A stretch of 32,000 bases of DNA from Candidatus Saccharimonadota bacterium (GTDB lineage Bacteria > Patescibacteriota > Gracilibacteria > BD1-5 > UBA6164): NCBI GenBank assembly GCA_965227835.1, contig OZ245768.1, positions 630,001-662,000 of the forward strand, in the 5' to 3' direction. The translations under genes were made by a program, and so were the position numbers. Below the pieces are notes generated by a model. That model had not been told where the DNA came from, ran no database searches, and saw only the letters and a list, made by a program, of their open reading frames with translations. Positions 18,876 through 28,603 of this stretch are shown one piece after another; position 1 is the first letter of the stretch, and each line of letters starts with the position of its first letter.

Positions 18876-19138
18876 AAAATATTTCTCAAAACTACCCACT
18901 TTTTATAAAAAACTTATCTAGCTTTTACTTTAAATAAAAGAATAATGAACCATTTTTAGTTTTTTATTTTATATATTTCATAAATTAATTATTTAAGCTA
19001 ATTTTATCTTTATAAAATTCAATCAATATAAAGCCTCTGTTTTTACTTATATAAAGGTAAAAAATTAACTATAAAATACAAAAAATTGGATAGATTTGTA
19101 ATATTTTCTTTTTTATATTTTAAAACTTAAAAAGTAAA

Positions 19139-20419
19139 CTATTCATATTTATGAGACCACCATTTTATAACAATAGGAGCAACTATATCCAAGAAAAGAA
19201 TAGTAACTACTACTACAGAACTAAATATTTCTGAATCATTAAGAAGTCAATAATTTATAGCTATTCATAAAATAACAAAAGCAAGTACATCACGGGGCCA
19301 CATACCAAATCAAACAAGTACAGAATCTTTGTAAGACAAAGAGGCAGTATACCTGGCAGCAAGAGAAGCGGCTAAAAATTGCAAAGAAGCTACGAACAAG
19401 AAAAGGACAAAAGCATAATAAAATACCTGTTTAAAATTATCAAAATCTATAATTAACTGAGTTCAAAGATATATAAAAAACATAGGTCATAAAAAATGAT
19501 TTGCCATAGAATATATAACCTCACTAAGTGCCAAATGTCCTGTATCTGAATCATTATCATCTCAATGATGAAACATATCCCTATTTAAAATAAGACCCGT
19601 TAAATAAGCTCAAATAGCTGCATGTAATCACATAAAATGGGAAAATATTGAAAGAAAAATCATTAAAAAAAGAATAGTTGGAACAAGAATTTCAACTCTA
19701 TGAAATTTTTTGGTAAACCATTTTAAACCAAAAAGATTTGTTATGAAAAATAGAAGTTTTCTAGTTCATTTGTATTTTTTATAATCTTTATGAGTTTCTG
19801 GAAATACAACAGTTGCTAAAACAAAAAAAACTAAAAAACACAAAATAAGGAGTAATAGTTTTATTCAAGTTCAAGTTATAATTGAGACAGCACTTCCCTC
19901 CCCTGTTTGCAATAATACAAAAGTAGAAAATACAGCTGACATAAAAAATATGGATATGAAATTATCAGCCATAGCAGCAGCTATTATAGACTTAGCAGCT
20001 GGAGTTTTATGAAGTTTGAGAGATTGTAAAACTCAAATAGTATAAGGTACAGCAGTAGCTGTAAAGATAAAACCTGCCACAACAGATTCATTGAAACTAA
20101 AACCTAAGACCTTTGTACCAAGATAAGCTCAAACAAAAGGTCATATTGCTCATATAATTGCTATCCATTTATTTTTTATAAATTTTTTTACAAAAGTTCT
20201 AGAATCTTCATGCCATCAAGCATAAAACATCAAAAACAAAACTCATACTTCTGAAAGAAAAAATATTATCTCATTTTCGGGATCAAGTACTCATAATTTA
20301 GCAAGTATAAATCATATTATTATGTAAAAAAGTACATCTACTACTTTTACACCATGAGCGAATATTTTTCAAACTAAAACAATTCAAAGAAGAACAGCAA
20401 GTAAACTCAAAGAATCCAT
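19139..20419 (-). CDS. Cation:proton antiporter (Na+/H+ exchanger / Kef-type, CPA family), 426 aa
   Basis: Table-25 ORF: MDSLSLLAVLLGIVLVGKIFAHGVKVV...FLSEVGVLFLMFYAGWHED...AAAMADNFISIFF...GAYLTGLILN. There are about 11-12 hydrophobic helices and many TGA-Gly codons within helices. Confidence 0.8.
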
Positions 20420-20488
20420 TTATTTTTAAATTAAAATGTAAAAAGTGTATTACAAATATTAATTAAATTTAAAAAAAATAAGCAATAG

Positions 20489-20517
20489 TTGTAATAGTTA
20501 TAAATATATGATAAAAT
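20489..20517 (+). promoter_or_regulatory. Putative promoter TTGTAA-17-TAAAAT for the 820-aa gene
   Basis: TTGTAA at 20489-20494 and TAAAAT at 20512-20517. Confidence 0.35.
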
Positions 20518-20593
20518 ATTTTTTGATATAACACAAGAAATATAAATTAATTTTATAGTTTTTTATGTGATAAATATTTTTTTAATCCTATAT

Positions 20594-23056
20594 ATGGAAA
20601 AATTATGATCAAACATTTGATTTGAAACAAGCCAAGAAAATTTATATGAAAACAAAACTAAAAGTTCTTTTTCTATGCTAGAAGATTTGTTGTATACAGA
20701 TAAATATTCCTTGGAAAATGGAGGAAATGATTTTTTGATGATAGATGAAAAATCATGATGGGAAAATATTTTTCAAACACTAGATAAAAAATTGTTACAA
20801 GAAATTGGTATAGAAAGTACAGATTGATTAAGAAAATTTGTAACTTTATTCAAACTTTGAGAGACATGAGAAACAAATGAACAAATAAGAAATTATGAAA
20901 TGATTAAAACCAGAAATTCAATTGCTTTGATTTCTTTGAAATTCAGGGAACTAAATTCTGAAGTAAAAATAAAGTTTGATATATCAGATTTCTTCTTTTC
21001 AAGTGAAAAAAACAGAAAATTTCTTAGAGAGATAGACAGAAAAATACCATGATTTAATAAAACAGATGTCATAGAATCAACAATTTTTAGTGCTATACAA
21101 ATTTATATAAACAATTGATGAAAGTTAGAAGAAATAAATAGAAAAGAAAATATATCCTTAATTTTAGATAATGTTTCATATATTCAAGAAAAAAGAGAAG
21201 AATATAGAAATGAAATAATTGAAAAATTGGAAGAAGTATGAAACATAGATTTTTTAGATAAAAATTTATTAAAACTGATAGATTCCAGTATTAGTATGGA
21301 AATTTTCCTAGAATCTATACCAAAAAATTCTGAAATGCTCTTTAGTTTAGAGCTTGTTAATTTTTTAATAATAAATGATAAAAAAGAAGCATTAAGTATT
21401 TGGAAAAGAATGATTAAAAAATCAGATAAATACGAAGATATATACGATTATATATATATAAACCCAAATAAGCTAAGTAATATTAAAATAGATTATCTGT
21501 TAAATTTAAATCAAGATTATAATTATAATATTTTTATTGAGAATGAAGAAAAAAAAGAAGAAAGGAAAATAGATAAAGAAAAAATAAAAAAACTTTTAGA
21601 AATATGAATGGCAAATCTAAACACAAATGAATTTAGAGAATTATCAGAAATATTTAAAAAATATAGAGTAGTAATTAAGAATAAAGAATATCCATATACA
21701 GGTTTAACAATAATGCCATGAGAAGAATTTGTGAGAACAATATCAAGAGATAGTAAAATATCTTTAAGTGAAATTGAATATATTTTAAATATAGAAGATA
21801 ATGAAAATCCTATAATTTGAATAGTTGATAATAATTTAAAAGAAAATGAAACAAGTACAAAAGATGAATTTTTAGATACAGAAACATGACTTTTAATTGG
21901 ACCAAAAGGAATAAGAAAATATGATTACGAGAAAAAAGAATTTTTGTTTTCAATAGAATATGAAAAAATAGGATATGGAGATTTAGAATATAGCTATTCT
22001 TCGTCTTTCAATGGATTTAATATAATACACTTTAAAAATTGAAAATTCATGTCTATTGATGAAGAAACATGAAAGATAGCTTATATAATATGATACAAAG
22101 ATCTGTGATTTGATGAAAATGAAAATATTAATAGGATAAATTTTATGAAAAAAGAATACATTGATAATATAATTTTTAAAGAAAATTTAATATTATCCTG
22201 AAGTGAAAAAGTTCTATCTTTTGATTTAAAAACATGAATAACAAATTGGTCATATAATCATGAAGAATTATTTAAAGAACCTGTATGGAATCTATTTAAA
22301 AGTAAATTTGAAAAAAATTTTTACACAGATGATAACTATATATATTTTTATCATACGGAAGATAAAGATGTATATATTTCCATAAACAAAAATACTTGAG
22401 AAATATTTGATACAAGAGAAATGCCAGAAAGAGAGTTAGAAAGAGCATCTGAATTTTGAATTAATAATTTACAGAGATTTCATAATTATGATACATTTAG
22501 ACATATATTGCAAAATAGAGAATTACTAGAAAACTGAGATTTTGAAAAATTGGCAGAAAAACCTACATTTGTAATATTATATCCAAAAAGTGATTATAAT
22601 AATGCATTTACACAAAGTTCTATATATAAATTTGTAGAAAATTGATATAACATAATATATGCAGAAATAGAAGATGAAAATGATATGATAGATTTATTAA
22701 AAAAACTAAAAAAATCTGATCTTAAAGATATTACTGCCATCTTTTGAGGACATGGTAGACCAAGTGGAATGCAGTTTAGTAAATCTTTTTGGGAGGAAGG
22801 AAATTTAGGTATAGATGATATATGAGATTTCACTTGATTTGAAGGTTTGTTTGAAAAAATTTATCTAAATTCTTGTAGCACCTGAAAATGAAGAGATAGT
22901 TTAATAAATTTAGCTAACTTCATAAAGTATAGTTTTAAACCAGGAAAAGGTGTAACAGCTCCAGAAATAGATACATGGTCTACATATGAATTTGATGAAA
23001 ATTGAAGATTTATTTGATTAAAATATTGAGAAGGATCTACATATAAAACTATTTAA
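20594..23056 (+). CDS. Large hypothetical protein, 820 aa, with a C-terminal HG...C module (DUF4347/CHAT-like)
   Basis: The frame is continuous under table 25, and track ORF 21296..21607 is an internal piece. The C-terminus reads TFVILYPKSDYN...DITAIFGGHGRPSGMQFS...EKIYLNSCSTGKGRDSLINLANFI...GKGVTAPEIDTW. This resembles the pattern hivsHG.pG.l.lG ... llyGC.va.G..G..f...la...ga.V.As. I did not recognise the N-terminal 600 aa. Confidence 0.7.
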
Positions 23057-23142
23057 GTAAAAAGTTGATAAAACAATAATAAAACAAATATTTTAATATA
23101 TTTATTATTTTCTATCAATATAATTATGAATGGTTTTACATT

Positions 23143-23378
23143 TTAATTAAGAAAAACCAAATTATAGCTTTCTTCGAGTTCCATTAGTATAATTCTTGAA
23201 TCAAATCAAGCATTAATAGAACTACATCAAGGATATTTTTTTCATACATTATGATTTCTCAATTGAGGATTTATTGGATTTTTCATAAATAAACTTAATG
23301 TTCTATCAACTCTATCTTTATTTTTTTATCTAATTTTTGATACATTTTTATAAAACTCTTCTTGTAACTTATTTTCAT
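23143..23378 (-). pseudogene. YafQ/RelE-like toxin gene, frameshifted in an A7 run
   Basis: The first frame reads MKISYKKSFIKMYQKLDKK..., and then the frame breaks at gat-aaaaaaa-t (reverse complement of 23321-23327). The next frame reads KNKDRVDRTLSLFMKNPINPQLRNHNVGKKYPGCSSINAGFDSRIILMELEESYNLVFLN*. It matches the RelE/YafQ pattern (np..p.L..H.L.G...g..s..i..d.Rii). One extra A would restore an intact ORF. Confidence 0.6.
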
Positions 23379-23717
23379 GAATTTCTTAAGGAAAACCTGA
23401 AAAATTCATTTAAAAGAAAAATAATTCTTCAGCCTTTCCTTAAATTATTTATTAACTATCTTGAATCGGAAAATATTTCAGATGCACCTATTCAATTTTT
23501 AGCTTCCTCGCATAATTTCATTAAGTCTTGTTATTTATCTTTTTTTAAATCATTCTTTATCCTTAAATAAAAAGATATTCATTTATTTTCAAGAGAATCA
23601 TTTTTTAAATACATTGATATAACAGAACTAATATTTGTTCATAATTTTTTAGCTAAAATACTTGCTTTTAGCTTTAAATGTTCATCCAAGTCTTATAGTT
23701 GTACTAACTTTTGTCAT
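23369..23717 (-). pseudogene. DinJ/RelB-like ribbon-helix-helix antitoxin gene, disrupted
   Basis: MTKVSTTIRL, then a 1-nt frame break, then DEHLKLKASILAKKLGTNISSVISMYLKN... This matches DinJ (iRiDe.lK..A..vl..lGl..S.ai). Downstream homologous sequence (...EEAKNGIGASEIFSDSR*LINNLRKG) is interrupted by in-frame TAA and TAG. Its end overlaps the toxin ATG, as in typical TA operons. Confidence 0.5.
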
Positions 23718-23861
23718 AATAAAACAGTTATAAATTAAATACATTGTAATAATATCACAACTTTTATAGAAATAACATTTAATTACAAAAAGGTAATTTT
23801 TCTTGATTTAGAAAATATGTTTTATATACTAAAAAGAAATTAATTTTTAAACATAAAAAAT

Positions 23862-24836
23862 ATGAAAGCAATATCCCCTATACTTATAATATTATTTTTA
23901 ATACTATCAATATTTTCTTTTCTCTATTGAAGTTGAGTATTAAGTTTGATATTCTTTTGTGTTATGGTAGCTATAATAATACTATCAGTTAGAATAGTTT
24001 CTCCTCAAACAGTAAAAACTGTAGAGGTCTTTGGTAAATTCAATAGAATTTTAAGACCTGGTTTAAACTTCATAATCCCTTTTGTAGAAACAACTATATC
24101 TCAAACACTTTACAGAAAAAACTTTGCCGTTGATGTAGAATGAATAACAAAAGATAATGTAACATGATTTATTGGTTTAAATGTAATATATTATGTTGAG
24201 GATGAATCAAATGACACAAAAACATGAAATATATATAAATCAGTTTATTCAATTGATGACCCAAGAACTATGATGAAATCTACTATAGACGAACAACTTA
24301 GGGCTATGATGGTAACATTTACACATATGAATATATTTGAAAAAAGGGAAGAAATATGAGAAGCAATAGAATCAAGACTTAGAGAGAAACTATCTACTTT
24401 TGGTTATAGACTAGATTCTATACAAGTAAGAGATGTTAAACTGGAAAGCTCTGTAATGTGAGCTATGAACAAAATAGTTGAAACAGAAAAATTGAAACAA
24501 GCTGCTTTAAATGAAGCTGAAGCTAAAAAAATTATGCAAGTGAAAGAGGCTGAAGCTGAAAAAGAATCAAAAATACTTCTTTGAGAAGGTATGGCAGGGC
24601 AAAGGCTTAAAATAGCAGAATGATTCAAAGAATCTGTAGATATGATAAAAAGTGCAGATAATAGTCTAAATGCAAAACATATACTAGATTTTCTTCTTGA
24701 TAGTTCCAGAATAGAAACTCTTGGCAATATATGATGAAAAGATAATTCTAAACTTATTTATTTAAACGAAGATTTAGAATGAAAAGTTAGCAAACAAAGA
24801 AATGAAAAATTAATCTCAGGTTCTGAAATAATGTAG
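23862..24836 (+). CDS. SPFH/band-7 (stomatin/prohibitin-like) membrane protein, 324 aa
   Basis: An N-terminal TM segment is followed by RIVSPQTVKTVEVFGKFNRILRPGLNFIIPFVE...IQVRDVKL...EAEAKKIMQVKEAEAEKESKILLGEG. Track ORF 23946..24143 is an in-frame fragment. Confidence 0.85.
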
Positions 24837-24872
24837 AAGTAAAAACAAATAATTTTTGATATTTCAAAAAAG

Positions 24873-25958
24873 TTAATCAGAAATAAGTATAAGGTCACTA
24901 TTTCTCAATATTTCAAATTTTATATTTTCTATGAATTCTCTAAGATCTTTTCATTTTATTATAATTCTAAAATGATATTTATTGAATTTTTTAAAACTTT
25001 TTTTGTTTAAAATTATTTCCTTTCTAGAGCTAGAATTAAAAAAAAGAGAATCATTTAAAATATCTAGTTTATTTTTCAAATTACACATAAAATCAAAAGC
25101 TTTTTTTTCTGATTTATTTTTATATTCTAAAACAAGCATTCCACAATAAGGAGGATATTTAAATATTTTCCTTTCTTCCAAAGTATCTATAAAAAAATCC
25201 TTATAATTCTTTTCAGTAAAAGTCTTTATAATTTCATTTTCAGGTATAAAAGTCTGCATTATTATATTTGTTTTTTCTCACATCCTATTTCCTCTTCAAA
25301 TTAGCTGTTTTAAATTTATATAACCCCTCTCTTGAGAATTATATGATGGAAAACTAGATTCTTGTTCTGCTAAGATAACAGCTATAAGTCAAATATTTTT
25401 GAAATCAAAACCTGTTGTTATCATTTTAGTCGCAATTATAATATTGGCATTTTTTAGTTTATCCAAAGCCTCTTTTTTTTGTGTTTTATTTTTAGTGGAA
25501 TCCAAGTCAAACCTAAATATATTTGGTTTTTTATACCTAGTTTGAATATCATGAGTTAAATATTTTTCTCTAGTTTTATTTTCATTATTAAAATAAAGTG
25601 AATAACTATCAAAATAGGATATTAAAGAATCTTCTATATTTTTTGTTCAAACTCATATTTTTTTTAAGTTTTTTGAATTACAATTCTTACAAACTTTCGG
25701 GATTAATCAAGAGGATCAACATGTATGACAAGCTAGTTTTTCAGGATTGTAATGTACAGTCAAAGAAACATCACAGTTTTTACATTTATAATAATATCAA
25801 CAATCACTACACACAAAATTTGAAAAATTTCATCTTTTATTTAAATAAAGAATTATTTTTTTGTCATTTTTAAGATTTTCTTCCATTTCTAAAAGTAAGG
25901 TATCTGAAATATAATTGCTTATTTTTGATTTGTTTTGGGATAAGTTTACTATCAACAT
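24873..25958 (-). CDS. priA: Primosomal protein N' (PriA), C-terminal half only, 361 aa. This is a 5'-truncated gene or fragment.
   Basis: MLIVNLSQNK...ILYLNKRGNFSNFVCSDCGYYYKCKNCDVSLTVHYNPEKLACHTCGSSGLIPKVCKNCNS..LKKIGVGTKNIED is the Zn-binding CRR. IIIATKMITTGFDFKNIGLIAVILAEQ is helicase motif V/VI. ...FKYPPYCGM is the C-terminal domain. No Walker A/B lobe or N-terminal DNA-binding domains are encoded upstream: a TAA lies 4 codons before the ATG and non-coding sequence follows. Confidence 0.8.
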
Positions 25959-26085
25959 ATAAAAATAATTTTACTTAATAAAAAAATAAGAAAAAAACTT
26001 AAAAGTAAGAATTTATTTCTCATAAAATTTTTTCCTAAAAATTCAAATCCATTATACCGTTTTCAAAAAATTATTATACAAAAAC

Positions 26086-26180
26086 TTGCATTTAAATCAA
26101 AAAATATATAATCAGGTATCAGGTATGCAACGATAGTATGGTTTCCTCCTTTACCAGACATTGTTGCATATCTTTTTTTG
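26086..26180 (+). ncRNA. Candidate small RNA: putative promoter plus an 8-bp-stem hairpin plus a U-tract
   Basis: TTGCAT at 26086-26091 and TATAAT at 26107-26112, with a short 15-nt spacer. The hairpin is tatgcaac...gttgcata (26124-26131 / 26163-26170), with an inner stem tggt/acca exposing uuccuccuuu. It is followed by tcttttttt. There is no plus-strand gene upstream, and dnaJ has its own putative promoter further down. Confidence 0.3.
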
Positions 26181-26273
26181 TGTAAAAAATAGGAATAACT
26201 AAGAAAATTAAAAACTTGAAAAAAAAATAAAGTTTATAAAATATCAAGTTAATTATTATTTTTTCAAAAGAAA

Positions 26274-27377
26274 ATGGATTTATATCAAACTTTGTGAATA
26301 GATAGAAATGCTAGTAGTGAAGAAATCAAAAAGGCATACAGAAAACTAGCAATGAAGTATCATCCAGATAGGAATAAATGAGACAAAGAGTCTGAAAAGA
26401 AATTTAAAGAAATAAATGAAGCTTATCAGGTATTGTCTGATAACTCTAAAAGACAGCAATATGATAGATTTGGTTCGGTATCTTGAACTTGATGATCTTG
26501 ATGATTTTGAGGTTTTTCGGATGGTGTCGATATAGATTTGTGAGATATATTTGATCAATTTTTTTGATGATCTGGAAGTGGATTTTCTTGAAGAAGAAAA
26601 AAAGAGAAAAGAGGAGAAGACATAGAACAAGTTTTAGAAATAGATTTAAAAACATCTATATATTGATGAAAAAAGAAGATAAAAATAGGGAAAAAATCTG
26701 TTTGTGATAAATGTGAAGGTATTTGATGAGAATGAAAAAAAACTTGTGGTACTTGTAACTGAAGGTGACAAATAACATATACATCTCAAAGTATATTTGG
26801 GACAATACAACAGACATGAACTTGTAATGTATGTTCAGGAAGTGGTGAAGTATTTGATAAAATATGTGATAAATGTTCTTGAAGTAAGAGAGTGTTTGAT
26901 GAGAAAGAGATAGATTTAGACATTCCTGCTTGAATTAATGATAAAATGATAATTAAACTAGAAGCAGAAGGTAACGATTGAGTTTGAACAAAAGCTTCAT
27001 GAGATTTGTATATAAAGATTTTAGTTAATTTAGAAGAAAAATGATTGAAAAGAAAAGATATAGATTTATTTTATAGTTTGGAGCTAGATATAGTAGAAGC
27101 AATACTTTGAACTACAAAAGAATTAAATATCCCTATAATTTGAAAAAGAAGTATAGATATAACAAGCTGAACACAAACAAATACTACTCTAAAAATATCT
27201 TGAGATTGAGTAAAAGAGATAAGATGAGAAAGAAAATGAGATTTATATTTAGATTTAAATATTAAAATACCTAAAAAACTTAGTAAAAAAGAAAAAGATT
27301 TATATCTAGAAATTGCAAAGGAAAGGAAAATAAATGTAAATAACCAAAAGTGAATCTTTGAAAAAATTTTTGGGTAA
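26274..27377 (+). CDS. dnaJ: Molecular chaperone DnaJ (Hsp40), 367 aa
   Basis: J domain: [36 protein letters not shown]-rich linker is encoded largely by TGA. Four CxxCxGxG repeats are present; for example, in CGTCNGRG both Gly codons are TGA (26760-26762 and 26766-26768). Confidence 0.95.
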
Positions 27378-27421
27378 TTTAATCTATATAAGAGAAAAAT
27401 ATTATTTTTAATATATATAAT

Positions 27422-27628
27422 ATGATAAATAAAAATGAAATAGAATTTCAAGATCCTAGGAGTATTGTATGATGAACAGATAAATATTCAAAAAAATTGA
27501 AATCAGATACAAAATCAATGTCAGAAAATAAAAACATTAATAATCAATCGGTAAAAGCCCAAACAGCTAAAATAATTAAAGTAAAGGTAGATAATTGAGA
27601 GGTAACTGTAACTAATCAAGATAAATAG
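27422..27628 (+). CDS. Hypothetical protein, 68 aa
   Basis: Table-25 ORF: MINKNEIEFQDPRSIVGGTDKYSKKLKSD...KVKVDNGEVTVTNQDK*. It contains 3 TGA. It is tightly packed between dnaJ and the next gene. Confidence 0.45.
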
Positions 27629-27634
27629 ATTTGT

Positions 27635-28477
27635 ATGTTATATGAAACATTTTACTTTAGTTATCCATCTTATAAAAATTTTTTTATGACAGAAATAAGA
27701 AAACTAAAATCTGAGATTAAAAAATTAAAAGAATCAAATAAACTTATTTCAAGGAAACTTCAAATTGCAGAAACCTGGATGCAAAAAGAAATTAAATCTT
27801 GTGTTATTAGAATAAATAAAAGAAGCAAAAAAAGATTTTTTCTAGATTCTGATGATTTTTGAGATAATTTAGAAGATTCCATCACTCAAAAGATAAGAGA
27901 ATATTTTTGAGATTATATTTTGATGGTTTTAGATAACTCCATAATAGATAATATAATATCGGCAGAGATTTCTTATAATTTGTTAAAACAAAGCCCAAAA
28001 TATGATGGATTTTGAATAATTAGTTCCTATCATAAAGCTCTTGATTCTATAATAGAAAAGTTTATTACTAAAGGTTATAGAAAATTTGCCAAAAAAATCT
28101 GACAGGTAGAATTAAAAAATAACGATGTATTAGAAAAATCTTTGCATTTGGTTGTAAATAAATGATATATACTTAGTGTTTGAAGGCTTTTTCATATAAT
28201 AAAAACAATAAAGCAAAAGGAAAAAAGCCATAATTATTTAAATACTTTTGTGTCTTATCTTGATAAATATAGCTTTTTAAAAGATACACTTTTGGATGAT
28301 GATTTTTTAATTTTATTTTCACAAGCTATAGAAACTCAGTGTTTTTGAAAAAAAAGGCATTTTTGAAAGATGAGTTTTGAAGAAACAAAAAAAGCTAGAA
28401 AGCTTTTAATTTGAGATTTAGGGGATAAAAATAGTTTGATATATTTATTTTTGAAAAATCAGGGGGCAGATTTTTAA
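27635..28477 (+). CDS. Hypothetical protein, 280 aa (N-terminal coiled coil, helical C-terminal domain)
   Basis: The frame is open under table 25. Track ORF 27635..27862 is its N-terminal fragment, ending at the first TGA. I recognised no family. Confidence 0.65.
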
Positions 28478-28489
28478 GTTTTCTTTGAA

Positions 28490-28603
28490 AAATTATGATA
28501 AGTTTTTGTAAAATTACGATAAGTTTTTTTGAAAAATAGTTTTACTTAAAACTAATATTTATTAAAATTACGATAAGTTTTTATAAAATTACGATAAGTT
28601 TTA
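28490..28603 (+). repeat. Four direct repeats of 17-18 bp, AAATTA[C/T]GATAAGTTTT(T)
   Basis: The copies lie at 28490-28507, 28511-28528, 28565-28582 and 28586-28602. They form two pairs with 21-bp spacing, 54 bp apart. The last copy abuts the ATG of the wHTH gene. Confidence 0.85.

Noticed and set aside
28488-28603. A possible CRISPR array, because of four near-identical direct repeats
   Set aside because: The repeats are only 17-18 bp and AT-rich, with irregular spacing (21, 54 and 21 bp) and essentially no spacer-like unique sequence. No cas genes are present. They sit exactly at a promoter and start codon, so an operator or iteron interpretation fits better.
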